This document shows, in pieces, positions 26,005-39,845 of a stretch of DNA of 64,000 bases (position 1 is the first letter of the stretch; every line of letters begins with the position of its first letter). Made by a program: the position numbers and the translations under genes. Source of the DNA: Patellaria atrata CBS 101060 (taxonomy: Eukaryota); assembly GCA_010093705.1 (NCBI GenBank), contig MU006109.1:124001-188000 (forward strand). Reading direction: 5' to 3'. Below the pieces are notes generated by a model. That model was not told the origin of the DNA and searched no databases. It saw only the letters and a list, made by a program, of their open reading frames with translations.

Positions 26005-27187
26005 ATGGACAGTTACGGACCACGACACGCAGACGGACAACGATATCGACCAAGAGACACTGCTAGGAACAATCCTCGATTCTCATGGCAGTCTCCGCGC
26101 GAAGAAGATAGCAAGTCTCACCCCAGAAATTCATCACACAAGCATCTTGTGTCCCACCAGGCGAACGGCCAATGGAGAGATCCGGCTATAGAGCTACAGC
26201 AGAGTCCTCCATCGCATCGTCAATCCTCCTTGTCCACAAACCATCCTTCGACAGATGTCCAACGTTCGGACGAGACTCGATCATATAACACTCATCAGAC
26301 CCATTCACAACATCAGCCCCATAACACGAGATATAGTTCCATCTCGCAATATAATGGGGAACCTCCCGTGCCTCCGTCGCAATCACATCCCGCCATATCT
26401 GCTCCATATGACCCACATACTGCGTTTCAACAACCTGATATCAAGCTGAAACAGGACCATGATGACCGCCCACCTATTCCACCCCTCTCCCCTGGCCCAG
26501 TCCCCATGAAAAGTGAGACTGATCGAACTGCCACTCGTTTCTCCGTAAGCAAATCGCCTCCGGCACCCTTCTCTCCAACCCACATCTCAAGTCCGAACCC
26601 CATATTTTCCCCAAATGCCTCTACAGGTCCGAATGGGTTACCCCTCGAGAACCACAAACCAGGACAGATTGCGCATCCCAACATGGACATGTCGAGTCCC
26701 GGCTCTCGGAGTGGTTGGAAACATTCGTTATGCTCGTGTGATGATGTGGGAACATGTGTGACTGGTATATTCTGTCCATGTATCATATATGGAAAAACGG
26801 CATACAGACTTGGCCAGAGAAGAGAAAAGAAGGATCCCACGGATCTATTAGGGTGGAAAGCAACGAATGGGCAGTGCGGGCTCATGGCGGCAGCTTGTGG
26901 GTTCTGGTGTAAGTTGCCCCCCTGGTCATCATATAGAATAATCTGACCGAAGTTGCTAAGGTCTCTTTCCCCTTATTCACCGCACGCGCATACGCCATCT
27001 ATACAAGATCGAAGGATCCGTGGGATCGGATATACTCAACGCATGTTGCTGCTGCTGTTGTGCAACGATACAGAACGAGCTGGAAGTAAGGGATAGAGAG
27101 GATAGCGTAAGGCGGTGGGCTGGACCAGCTACTGGGGCATATACCAGTCCCGAACAGATGGTATATGCGCCGCCACCACGATCTTGA
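26005..27187 (+). CDS. PLAC8/DUF614 cysteine-rich protein with long disordered N-terminus
   Basis: WKHSLCSCDD..CVTGIFCPCIIYG; second exon RTRIRHLYKIEGS...CCCCCATIQNELEV. Confidence 0.9.
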
Positions 27188-28917
27188 CGAATTCATATCG
27201 GTTTTCATCATTTGTAGTTATTGCAATGTTCTTGGTACGAGAGTTTGGTTTCGTCCACGGTTGGTACGTATATTACGAGGCGGCTTTACAAGTATTGCTG
27301 TTATTAGCTATGTATGATTCATTTTGTCACTACTTTAGCCATTCGAAGAAGCCATACGGATCTATTGTATGCAGTAGAAAATTGAAAAGATGAAAGTTCG
27401 GGTGGATCTCCACATCGAACATGACAAGCCTGTACCCGCAACGTGAAACGCCCGTACAGACGTCGAACCCAGACTTCGACCATTTGTTGTAGATGATCTT
27501 ACCCAACTATAAGTTGTTATAGCGATACCAAGTTTGCTGTACAGACCGCTATAAACCTCCAGTATTCTCTGCAGGTCCTCGGTATGAAGGCCTAGGTTCT
27601 CCGTACAGACCAGTACAATTTTTCCACAAAATGACCACTTCCTCAGTCAAATTGAATGACCAAATGCTCTATCTTTCTTTGTTCCCACATCGCCGGTACG
27701 GCAAGCTAACCCGCCTCTTCCCCGAAACGGTTCGGCGTGCTTGGAGCATCCCTGGCACGGAACCGTCGGTACCGAGCGGGAGCTAAGGGGAGTGGGGACG
27801 CTTTATCTAGACGTTGCTTTTCGCAGTTGCTCGACACTACAATATGCGCGTAGAGGCGATGTGCGCGTAGATTACACTTTCTCGAAGGTTTCGCTTCTGT
27901 TCTTTTTCGATGGTAAGTCTGTGTGGATGTGGATGTAGCATACGTGATAATTGGTTTTCGCTTTTACTGTACTATACAGTACGCGTTGGGAAGTGCTGGG
28001 TTAAACACGGTAGTATGTAATGAATGTGGATTGGTCGTGGATAGGGGATGAGAGATTTCAAAGGGTTGCGTTAACTGGTTTTAGGGGGTATTGCACTATG
28101 TGGCTACGAGTCTGATCGAGAGCCTTACACAACTCAATTCTGACAATATAGCCATCCAATGGGGGTTGTTACTTGGTCGATTGGTTTACCATCATTGGTA
28201 AGAGATTGTCCGCTTTTCAAGATCTACTGGCCAGTACCGAGTAGTACTACGAAGTACATAACCATGTCACTAAACGATGGCCTGATCGCCTTTTCGCTAC
28301 ACTACCTCGGCGGGTAGATGCGCTGCTCAAGTAGGGTCCCTTTTCCAATCATTTAGTTCGCAAACTGGCCTATCAGGTATAAACGTAAACAGTGAGTATA
28401 GCTTCTCGATTATCTTGTCTCACCCAGTGCATGAGATTCCTTTTGGCTTTCAATCTTTACCAAACAGGCCCCTCCTACTGCTTTCTCATTACCCACTCTC
28501 TTGAAATAAGTTGATCTCTCGTCAAGTTCAAATAGCTGCAAACCACACTGATCACGCTGTAATACATATGAGCTTGTACAACCTTATATCATAGATGTAG
28601 ACTACAGTCCGTAGGGTTATACACCTACAAACGTCGCCCAACTACAGAAGTGTGTATCTTGCGAACGCTCACTCGCCGTCTTTTGTCTATTATCTTTTTT
28701 CCAGTCATTGTACTGAATTACCTGTATCATATCCTGATACCATATAACGTCAGTGCTATGCATAGTAAATCAAAATGTCTGTCATAAAATCGAGAGCTGC
28801 CCCCGAGGCCGGTTGCCGTTAGAGAGAGAGATGCAGATGACCAAGATACCGTCGATGTTGGCTTATGTCGTTCTTGGTCTTACGTCCCTATGGCTAAATA
28901 ACTTCGGTTGACAGCCC

Positions 28918-29719
28918 TTAGACCGTTGTGTTATTGCATTGTCCAGCTTCAGCCCGTAGTTGCTGTAGTTCGTGGGACTCTTGAGCCTCGTTCCGGTCTC
29001 GCGTTAGTCGGTAACTACTCAGAGTTTTCCAACAATAACATAGGGGGCTCCAAAGAATAGGACCGTATTTAACAACACATCTCTTCAAAATATGAGTGGC
29101 AATAATTCCAGTGTCAACGGCCAGCATCATGTAATCTTGCTTATTCTCCTGCAGGTATAGGATAGGTATCAACGCCAAGAAGATGCCGATGACGTATATG
29201 GTCGTCTTCCTAGAATATTGGATTAGATTTAATAAACAATACGTTCATGCGTTCGACTTACCCTGGTTGCGCGGAGAAGGTAGCAAATGCATACAATACA
29301 AGTACAACGGCACACGCTATCCAAAGTCCAACAGCACTATCTCTTGTTAGTAAACTGCCTCGTTTAACCTTGAAAAGATCGTGACATGAACTTACAGTTC
29401 GTGGGAGGAGTTATTGAAATGTTTACAGAGTGTCGGGAAGAGGAATCCAACAACGGCCATCACACATAGTGCCATTTTCTCTATGTTTTCTCGGTGGGTG
29501 GAAAACCATCCACCCAAAGCAGAGAGAATGTTGTTTCCTCCAAGCATCTTCAGTATTGCTCGACCTCTCTCGGTAGATGAGTGATGGGTAGGTTTGAGGA
29601 GCTGGTGCTCGAAGGTGAATAGATGAAAAGAGAAATTGATATTTGGGATTTAGGAATTCAAAACCCACTTCATTTGGGCTATAAATCCTCTGGGGAGCAT
29701 CGTCACCCCTGGAGGCCAT
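28918..29719 (-). CDS. Hypothetical multi-exon membrane protein (orphan)
   Basis: Spliced reading MASRGDDAP..|..KMALCVMAVVGFLFP..|..GLWIACAVVLVLYAFATF..|..IYVIGIFLALIPIL with GT-AG boundaries. Confidence 0.5.
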
Positions 29720-30258
29720 AACGGTTCCCAAGAGAAAAGAACAAAGAAAAAAAAATAGTGCGAAGGGCGAAGCTGAGAACCCATCAGTATAGTTCCTCAA
29801 GGCGGTACGTGACTGTGTATTAAGTCGTCCCTGTCTACCGTGTGTCCTCAATGACCGGAATTCAATATATTCGGTACCAGACTTCGAAGAATGATATATC
29901 AAAGACTTAGCGAGTCGGAATCTCAATTTTTAGCCTCCTTTATTTTAGTCAATTCCAAAGAGCTTCTCATTCTAGGCATTTAGCGAAAGTGTCTATATTC
30001 TCCTAGCGTCTGTAGTACCTTATGCGTATTTCAGCCCTGTAAACCCCTTTCGGTTGGCTGATGTGCGTGACAACAAATCATCCACTGTTTAGAGCTTCGC
30101 AGCCGCGTGAATTCAATGTGATGGATACCCCTGCTTTGTAAACACGCTATAAAGGGGGCACAGTAGAGTTGTCAAAATTCTCGTCTCAAGTTCCTTCTCT
30201 TTCCTCAACTTTCCGTCGAAAAGTTAAATCCACTCTTTTAGACAATACGCAATGTCCA

Positions 30259-30895
30259 ATGAATCCTTCAAATATATCTCTACTTCAGATTCTATTGCAG
30301 AAGACTACGAGCAAAGTTTTCAAAAAACCTTCCAGGCGGGACGTCATTCAACGGGTTCCTAGACGGCCCATACTTTCGATCGCAGCTTGCAGTATCGGTC
30401 TCTGGATTTCTGGCCTCACTCTCTCTATCAGCGTGCTCCTACTCGAGCTAAATGACATTCCTACACAAACTTCCCACGCTGGAAGTTTCTATGTAAGGTA
30501 TACCTCAGTGTTGTCCTGCTACTTTTTACTTTGAGGGTTCATGAACACATCCATGAAAGCTGCAGCTAATGGAACATGTTTATATTGTAGTAACTATCAG
30601 CTCTAGTGCCGAAAGTGGACTCTTCAACCGCACTGGCTATCTTTTGTCCGTCTTCCTGCTCCTACAAATCGTTTGCATTTCATATCTTCGGGCGGTGCGA
30701 AGATACTGCCCGGATAGCAGCACTGTCCTCGCTAGTTTTGGGATTCTTGTGGGCTGTATTAAGCGGGTCGAACTTTTCACAGTTCAAGAATGTATTCGTT
30801 GTCTTCCCCTTCATACTCAACTTGATGATGAGCTGGGCTATGTTTACGAGTCAGGCGGTATGAAAGACTCAAACAGATTCTGGCAGCGCCGGTAA
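30259..30895 (+). CDS. Hypothetical membrane protein, possibly degraded
   Basis: TATA (TATAAA ~30148), hydrophobic segments, donor GTAAG ~30493; second-exon frame ambiguous. Confidence 0.35.
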
Positions 30896-33100
30896 GGATT
30901 ACCACTCTGGTAGGCAGAATGATAGAGAGAAGTCTGGTTTACACTTTAGAAGCACCACGTTGTTGTTTTAGCGTAGATTCTTAGTTATGTTACCTCAATA
31001 GAAAAACATTCGGTAAACGTTTGAGGTGCGGCGTGGTTGCGCTTGACTTTTCTCTGCGAATAATACGCAATGGTGCTCCTCATCCTACATCTTCAAATGC
31101 TGCGAGGCTGTAACCAGCCCCCAGAGCAACTCAGAGCGGCTCAGACAGCACGCCATTTTTCTACCATTGTACTACAGTAAAACAGGTTTACGAAGCGAAC
31201 AAGTGTGCATACTGCAAGGCATACGTATAGATCACTCACATCTCTTCTCTACCGCTATATATTCACACTCTTTAGCTACGGTACTAGCCGTTAGCTTAAG
31301 GCTGAGATTTACTTCACAGAATCACCTGCGCGGGACATGAGTCAGGATGATCGAAGAGACAGTACCCCTTGTGCAGATTGATCATCGATCATCGCCAAAT
31401 ACCCCGTTGATCGCCACGGCAACTACCCGTGAGCTCCCCGAAACACGTTCGCGCGTCCCTGAAGCCAAAAAACTCCCCTGACGAGTCTCGGTTTCGAATA
31501 TCCCCACCAGATTGTCAGTTCAGATGCCACGCACGTCAGTTCACCGCCCATGTCTTGGACTGCTTCTTCTGCGAGTCGAGGATGACTTGACACGCGTGTA
31601 CTTACTGTTACGGTTAGGGGTTATCTGTCATTCTTAAGGGAGGTTTCCGTTATGGACTTGACTAACAGTACGCTATCATTTCAAAGAGTGAGGTGTTCTG
31701 ACTCACTTGTAGGTTTCAGGGGTAATCTCTATGTTTCTACTAGCGTTCTATATCAATCAAGGGTTGCCCGAACATTCTCATGGATAAGGAGATTCAGAAT
31801 GTGCATCAGTCGATTGTGTTTCATTGCTTGAGCGAGAAGATGGGTATAGAACGCTAGAGTCCCGCTAGATAATGGGAAGTGTAGAAAATACTGAGATAGT
31901 CAGGTGGAAGGATCTCTGGAAGGATCTAATAAGCGATTCCGAGAGCAGAGACGGCGAGACGCTATTCCAGGATAGATTTTTCGTAAGTGCAAGATGATAT
32001 CTGGGTGGATAGGGGATCGTTGAATGCTGAGTGACAGCACTTTCTCCTCAGTAGCCGGTTCCAGGGGTTAAACACCTTTACTGAATTTCTAGTTCAGCGA
32101 TATGCTCTTAAGGCACTGAAACTATACTGTAGTAAGCTCAGTGCGATCTTTTCAGCTGGTTCTCTTTTAGAGGGGTTGAGAACCCATTTTGTTCTTTTCG
32201 AGTAATTCTCGAACTCCGTATAGCCCGGGGGTGGCCGAACTATAAAATGAGAGACGACCTTTAGATATTGAAACTAATTCTCTTAACGAATAAGTGTCTG
32301 TCACTTTGAATGAAACTTGCACAAATAGATGGTGGGCAACCGTTTAACCCTGAAAATTGTGGCTGCACGAAGCTTGCCAGCCTTGTTTAGATTACCATTT
32401 TCTTTTTGACAGCCTTTCTGCAAGTAACGCGCAGAATAGACGAATAGAATCCTGCTTCGCTTCTGGCGGGGTTGATAAATCAGAGAAATATTTTCATATT
32501 GAATAATTGACACACTAACTTGCACGGCGATGAGGTGATGTTAGATTTTACAAATGCTCACTTCGACCATACCATACTGAATGACACGAACCTCTTTTAC
32601 GATGATTTCTATTTATTTATTTCCTCTAAGCCGACTCAAACTAACTGGGGATTGATAAACCCCTGTCCTTAACTAACAGCGTGGTCATTCGACTTAGAAA
32701 GATGAGGAGAGTCCTATTACTTTCTCAAGTCGGGGTCTATCATCCGCGAACATTGTTTTATTCGTTTATGGCTACAAAAATCTGGTACTGGCTTCCGTGA
32801 ATGTAGACATGCGGAATCTCAATTCTCCAGCCAGATCCTACTCACTCTCCCGACTCAAAGCGACCCTGACCTCAAGGAAGAGACTTTTCAGTTCCACATC
32901 CCTTAGAAATCTCTAACGGAAACGGATAATGGGTCGGACCCTATCTATATGGCACAGCTTCGCTCGCGGTGTTATGGTTGAGAACGGGAAGAATGTACAA
33001 TTTCAGAGGGAAGGAAAAAGGCACGAAGTGCAACTGGACGAGAAGTCTTCTGCTGCACATCTTATGTCTTTAGTGGTTCGCAACTGGAGCTCCTTCGATG

Positions 33101-34876
33101 CTACAGATGTAATAAACATCGCGAGAAATGTCGGATTATCCCAGAAGCAATCAATACACTGAGTATTGTACCCTGTACAGGGGCTGCAATGACACCGTGA
33201 AGCACAAGGAGGAAGCTGACGGCTATCAAAATAACAGGAAAACCAATAAATGGTTGGGACGATCGAGGTAATTGAGGTTCTCGGTGACGGAGGATAACAA
33301 GGCCGACGGTTGTCATGCAAAAGAATGTGTACTCAGCCAGTCCTACAACAATTAGCATTATTTATGTTGTAGGAGAAATATTGACCGTTTTCTACCGCTG
33401 AATGTTACAAGAGATCCAAAAGTTACAACAAGTATGTATGCAGCAGTTATCAAAGCATTAAGGACCATGGATTTTCTGCTCGAAAGCGAGTTAGTCAACA
33501 CTTTCACCTTTCTGATCCACGCTCCTGAGACTTCAAAAAGAAAACCTACATTGGAGTGTGTCAAAGCGGCCCCTCGCCTCGTAACCATTGGAGATTGCTG
33601 GAGTAAGGCCGAGTGCATTCGTTTTCCATTGTATAGTTCTCAGTTTCCAATTGGGCCAAACTAATATGGGTACGACCTTGAAAGCCCGTAGTATTGAACA
33701 TAGCTGGTAGGTATCCCAATTGAGCTACACCGGTGATCAACCTGGCCCCTGTAAAGACGTTGATATGGAGGGAACCAAGGCACGCAGTGGAAACTAGAAA
33801 GCGAAGATCAAGCCGCCGAAGGCGCCTAATACAATTTGTCCGGCATACTTGCAAGGAATTAGTAGTCTCTAATGAGTTATCATGAATCAGCCAATAAACA
33901 AACCACAGCAACTGTGTTAATTTCACCAATCCTATCCCATGGTAACAGAATATAGTAAGAAATATTGGTACATAGAAAGCACACCATGACAGTGGGCAAA
34001 TCAAATTGGATAGCACGCCGGAGGTTTTCAGATGAATCAGCCATCTCCCCAGCCACCATGTCAGCCTGTAGATGATTTAGTGCTAGATACGTCCGACAGA
34101 AGCTACTCATAGAGATTCTTACATAGTCCAGCATAAATTGCGGTCGTAAGTTGCCCAAAACTTCCCCATAGGCCGATATCCTCCCAGGAGATAGTACTTT
34201 TCCCTTTAGTGACTGAAAACCAATTATATTGTTTCCAATCCGAGCTAAGCTCATCATTACCTAGATTGAGACCAAAGGTGACGGCAGCTAAACAGCACAG
34301 TAGAAGGAGACATACAGTGCTGAGTTTAAGGTAAAGAAATGCTTTAGCCATTGTATTGGTAGCGTGCATACTCATACAATTGAATAAGGTGACGGTGAAA
34401 AGAACCAACAGCGCGAGGAACTTATCCACCCAGGAGCTTTCTGAAGACTGAGTAATAGCATTTGACTAATACTGTGCGAATACCAGTGATAATATAGCTA
34501 TTGAGGCCGGTTTAACGGCTAACATCCATATCCATGCGGTGAGGAAAGAAAGAAATGGTCCATATATGTGATGGAGATATTCTTGCATGCCTCCATTGAC
34601 TGGCATGGCGGCTCCTAGCTCAGCAAATGAAGATGCTCCGGTCCATGCGACGAGACCTGCAAACAACCATAGCAGTAGAGAAATACCGGGAGACGGTATA
34701 TGATTATTTACTTGTGCTGGGGATGAAAAGACTCCAGAACCGACCTGGAGACTGACAAGCAAAGTAAAACCGGCGCGGAGATTCATCTTGCCATGATGCG
34801 TAATGGAGGTTGATCTTCCCCTTTCGTTATTTAGCAGACTGGAATGTTCCTCCGTGGTATCGACGTCTGCAGCCAT
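33101..34876 (-). pseudogene. LAT/APC-family amino acid transporter (Mup1-like) pseudogene
   Basis: GSGVFSSP, FAELG..P.NGG..YL, VAGEM motifs; in-frame TAG at 34466, frameshift at ~33797, in-frame TGA at 33561, TM6 W-A-Y-x-G-W segment absent at ~34066-34122. Confidence 0.85.
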
Positions 34877-36323
34877 GTTAATTAATTCTCAGTCTGAAGT
34901 TGAAGAAATGCGAAGTCGCCATTTAATATTTCATACTAATGACGTGACACACGCTAGGATTTGTCCGGTTACACACTAGAACCCTTAGTACTTAACCTTA
35001 ATTTTATTGTAACCTCATCGTCTTAATTCATCACGATGTTGAAATTATTTTTGGAATTCATTCAGAGGTGTTTGTTGGTTAGTTGCACAGGAGTTGGGTG
35101 ACGAGTGGTTCCGGTCCTACGGTAGTAGCTAGATCTAATCAAGGGATCATTCACGAGTTATGAAATAGGAATTCACGTTTTCTACTTATATTTCCTGGCA
35201 AATGGTCTGAAATACAATGGTACGGAATGATATAATAAGATGGAAAATACAGGCGAGTTACTTTATATGTGCTGCTACACAATTCCGCTAATAGGGTTAC
35301 CATCTGTGGTGAAATACTTATTCTACCCGATCGATAGTTCTATCCCTTCCTAGGCCTTACCGATAAGAGTTGCACAAGGCGGCCCTTTGAGTGAAATCCC
35401 AGGATCGTCATGTCCCTAAATATCGCTGTGATCAGGGAAGACAGGCAGCCCTCGGCGTTGTTGGTCCCTAGGGATGACGATCGGCCTTGTTGACAAGGTA
35501 ATCTCGGTGTCCTTTAAGGGCTTGAAGATGCTACAGAGAATACCGATACGCCTAGAGAAAATAAGGACTGACCTAGAGAACAAATGGAACAATCTAATCG
35601 ATAGGTGTCAAACACGTTGAAACACCAAAGAGTTCATTGAAACACGACCTTTGATCGACCGTCAACCCCCGTGGGAGCATCTTCAGGCCTTTAAAGGATA
35701 GAAGTAGAATCTGACTAAATGAATTCAAACAGTTGCAGTCACGCCGTCCGCGTTTTCCACTATAGCAGATGGGGATTTTGCAAATAAGGCGGTAACTCCA
35801 GTCATATATCTCTGCTTCTTTCGCGGGATTCTTGTAGTTAGACAACTGCTGATGTTCGTTATCAACAGTGCTAGTCTAGGAACCTATATATGGTTAGGAT
35901 GGATGATTAAATACATACTTAGTTAAGGCAATGAGGTGAGAGGAGAATGATCAAGGAGGAAACTTAAGTGTAGGGTTGTGCTGTATTTTAAAGCCTCGAC
36001 CAATTGCACGATTAAGCAGTATGCTAAACAGGCGGTGCCAGTTGGCCATATTGCAGTAGAACGGCCAGTCGGGAGGTATGATTAGTTCGGGTGGCCTCAG
36101 AAACAGGGCCATACGTTGTAGTACAATATAGTGAATCCTCACAATAACATTACTGTATATCTTTTGCTGTTTCCACTTTCTCCTTCGCCTGGGTAAGATA
36201 TTCCAACTTTTACACGCATATGTAAGATTCTCTCAAAATGCGCCTTGCAATATTATACCAAGAACTCAATTATTGATTTTCCTCTTTACAAATACCAAGG
36301 CACCACACACCTACGAGGTTTTA

Positions 36324-36865
36324 TCAGAGGTATTCATTTCCCTTCATCCAACCCAATTGCTTCCACATATGCAGCTTATCCCACTCCTTAATCCATCCCT
36401 TAATCTTGCCATCCTCAACCTCAAAGATCCCCGACGCATGCCAACTCGCCTTCTTCCCTGTCGAAGGGATTCCATTATGTGGATCTCCACAATGACTTCC
36501 CTCAGCACTATATCTCAACGCAACATGCCCACCCTTCGCAAAGACAACATCATATGACACGATACGTAGGTCTTTTAAGGAAGCCATAACCTTGGCATGG
36601 GAGTCCGCGTAGTCCTGGGGTGATTTGGAGTCGGGGAATGTGGTTGGGGCGATGAAGTATGCGTCCTCGTGACACAAGTGTGTAACAGTTTCCCGCCCTT
36701 TGTTATGGATGGGAGAGTAGGCGAGGCGCATGTATTCCTTTACCACTTGGATGTTCCTCTGGGAATCTTAGACGAAACGCGGTGTGATTGTCAGCGGGCT
36801 CGACTCACAAGTTCTTCCTCCGTCTGCTCAGTCATCATCTTCGTAGGAGGGTATTCAGGGAGCAT
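36324..36865 (-). CDS. SnoaL-like/NTF2-fold polyketide cyclase-family protein (1 intron)
   Basis: DLRIVSYD...VALRYSAEGSHCG...GIPSTGKKASW...FEVEDGKI..W; intron ~36760-36808. Confidence 0.85.
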
Positions 36866-37544
36866 GATGATGGTTCACAGTTTCTACGCTGTACAAGCAG
36901 TTCAGATCAGTCACCTCTAATACATGAAGAAAGAGCCAAGGCTATATAGTCATTCGGAAATTCTGCGAATATTTACGTGTTGCTAAAGTTGATGTCATTC
37001 ATGTGTCATTCGCGGAGGTTAAAACTAATCGAGTTGATCTGCTCTAGGGTGTAGCCAAAATTGAAGCTGTCGATAACAGATCCATGTGGAGTATGAAGCT
37101 TATAGAGGCCGCATACCCGGGATCAACGAGATATGTAGGAATTGATCAGTTTACCATGCGATGGAGAAGGTCTCCAAGCTTTCTAGTCACTTGTCGGGAA
37201 GTCGAAATAAAATGCGCGTGTGGTCTCTCCTGGTGCCCGAAGTGATCGTATTTTCGGGTTGTCGTAGGACGTACTTGGTATTTCTCCGCACTACACATCA
37301 CAAAAGAACGACTCTCCCATCAATTAACATGCTGTACATTAGTAATATGCCCTTGAAACCAGAATCAATGACACGGTAAGGATTGCGAACTATTCTATAA
37401 AAGCATGTGTATCCACCACTTTCTTTCTTTTCAGAGCAACTACCTGCTTCCATCTGTTACTTCAGAACATGCTTTCTAGCCGTCGTTCTTCCGTCTAGCT
37501 TTTGCAAATTTTACTCAACTAAGCCAAAGGACCCTACTCACGGA

Positions 37545-38190
37545 ATGAGTAAAGAGCCGTCCTCGGATATGGTGAGAAAAGGAAGTTGTGTCTGTGGAGA
37601 TATCAGCCTCGAAGTCCGTGGTGAACCTGTCAGGGTCGCTGCTTGCTATTGCGATCACTGTAGGGTTAATTCAGGAGGATTTGCCCAACTTGTAAGTTTG
37701 ATCTCTTAGTCTTTAGGGATGGTTGTTTCGTAAGAATTAAAACTTCTTCCCTCTGAAAGGGCTTATGGCCGAGTGATACCAACCCACCATCCCATATTCC
37801 ACAAATTTAACATTATTTTCCATCGCTCTCTCACCACATTTCAGGGTGCCCGTTTCCCCTCCTCCGCACTCATAGTCCACGACCCTAATTCTCTGCTAAA
37901 CTCTTACACATTCACCGACACCTCTAGCGGGAACCCGAAGCAGAAGTACTTTTGCCGAACATGTGGTAGCAATCTCTATGCCGCCGTCAATGTCCCTGAT
38001 GGTGAAGGTATTGTTAGCGTTCGGGTGCCCATTTTGGATCCGAAGTATTCACTCCTTCTCTCTTGGTATTTATCAAGAGCTGATTTTGTACGCTAGGTTT
38101 GAGGATAAGGGACTGCACCCTAAGATCGAGGGGTTCCCACAAAATAAGCCTAGATTCTTAGAGGACCTAGAGAAGCAGAGTCAACTATAG
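37545..38190 (+). CDS. GFA/Mss4-like zinc-binding protein (2 introns)
   Basis: GSCVCG...CYCDHCR...SSGNPKQKYFCRTCGS. Confidence 0.88.
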
Positions 38191-39075
38191 ACTGTACCTC
38201 GTACGTTGAGGTTGGGAAATTCCTTTTCTTTGTGTGTTGATGAAACTTTGTGTACTGGTCGTGGTGCGGGTAGCTGCCAGAAGTTTAACGGATAGTACCG
38301 GTGCGCGACTGGAGCTGTACTGATTTCCCAACAAAGTAGAGCAAGAGACAGAACTTCATGTATGGTCTCGAGAGGAGTATCCTAACATGAAGTTTCTTCT
38401 GGGTGTTACCTGAAAAGTCATCTTACTCCGGTATCATTTAGCTGTCACCCTGGTACTGAACTGTACTTGGTCTCGCGCGCCGGAGTGCTGTTTAGCTTTC
38501 CATCAGTCAAATTATACAAACAAATCCATGGATCCGATTTTGCTGCTCTGTCCCCCCATACAGTCAAGTGCAACCATACCTATAGTCGTTCAGTCAAAAT
38601 TAGAAGGGAACTGGCTTTCGAAGTATGGTACCCATACTAACCTTCCTTGTCCTTTCCATCGTGTTTTCGACTGCAGGCACGGTCAAAACATCAATGCCCT
38701 TCCACCACTATAAATTCCTCTCTGGACTCATTCTTTTTCTCTCTAACAACAAAGACCTGCAACTCTCTCCGTTCACTCAATTCAAACAGCACATCAACAA
38801 TACAAAAGAACTTGTACGAAGCTTAAAGTCACCCTTCGTACATACTATCACCTCCATCTCTACGCACCAAGAACTTTGACCGACCCCGTCTCTCCAGCTC
38901 AAACTCATCGTCCGGTCCGTACACCAACCGGTCAACACATTTCCACGGGTAAAAGCCCAAGGTCAGAGGAATACAATTTCCCCACCTCGCTGGTCTCAAG
39001 GTCAAAGGGCATACCGCCCAATCACTCCTCGCACCTCACTGCTGTACTGTACTACACACCACCACCACCACCACC

Positions 39076-39558
39076 ATGTACAGCTCCAACAGCACCTCAT
39101 TCCCCACCGCCTCCAACACCAACGACAGCTCGCACACGTTGTCCCTCACCCCCTTTCCACCTCCTGCACGAGCGTCATCCCCCATACCGAAGTCATCTGA
39201 ACAGCCCCAGGGATCAAGGAAGTGCAAGGCGGACTCCACGGCCCCTAAGACCGCGAGAACCGAGTCGTCTCTGACGCTGGCGAGTCCGCTGTCCCCGTCG
39301 GCCACACCCGCTCCGTCGCCGCACCAGACCTTCCCCTTGCTTGAACTGTACGCGAGGGTTTGCAAGTGGCTGGAAGACGTGGAATGGGACGGTAACTCGG
39401 CCTGTTCGGGTGAGGAGACGGAGGAAGAGCACACTGAGGGGGTTGAGGAGGAATGGGGGTCGAGTGCTGAGGGAGGTACAGAAGATAAGGAGACGAAAGG
39501 AGAGGAGGAGAAGGTTATCTGGACGGGGAGGCGAGGGGGGAGGAATTTGAGGTTTTGA
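39076..39558 (+). CDS. Hypothetical low-complexity protein
   Basis: S/P-rich then acidic ORF with RVCKWLEDV; C-rich to G-rich skew typical of small fungal genes; start uncertain. Confidence 0.4.
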   Translation: MYSSNSTSFPTASNTNDSSHTLSLTPFPPPARASSPIPKSSEQPQGSRKCKADSTAPKTARTESSLTLASPLSPSATPAPSPHQTFPLLELYARVCKWLEDVEWDGNSACSGEETEEEHTEGVEEEWGSSAEGGTEDKETKGEEEKVIWTGRRGGRNLRF

Positions 39559-39845
39559 AAGCGGCTTGGTTTGGCGCGGGTTCGGTAGGGAGATTTAATG
39601 TGCGGTTATGATACCCCTTTAATTTGTCGGTTTCGGGATTCGTTCGTATTGTAGGACATGTGTTTTTTTTGTACGGCGTTTGTTCGAGGTTTTTTGTACA
39701 CTGCACGGTCGTTGTCAGTCACTAGTGGCGGAACGGCAAGCGGATTGTATCGTTGCGGAAAGTTAGGGCGAGGTTACGCTCCTGTATTATTATTTTTTAC
39801 GGATAGATTTTAGCTCGCAAGAAAGAGGTGTAAAATATTCTGTTT

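Noticed and set aside
32158..32215. Two small hairpins (GGTTCTC/GAGAACC; TTCGAG/CTCGAA) as a tRNA or ncRNA
   Set aside because: Short stems, no cloverleaf or A/B boxes; compatible with chance
34466..34468. Premature TAG corrected by A-to-I editing
   Set aside because: The same gene has a frameshift and a missing conserved segment that editing could not repair
35594..35845. 83-aa minus-strand ORF
   Set aside because: Non-ATG start, no motif and no paralogue in the window; cannot be supported
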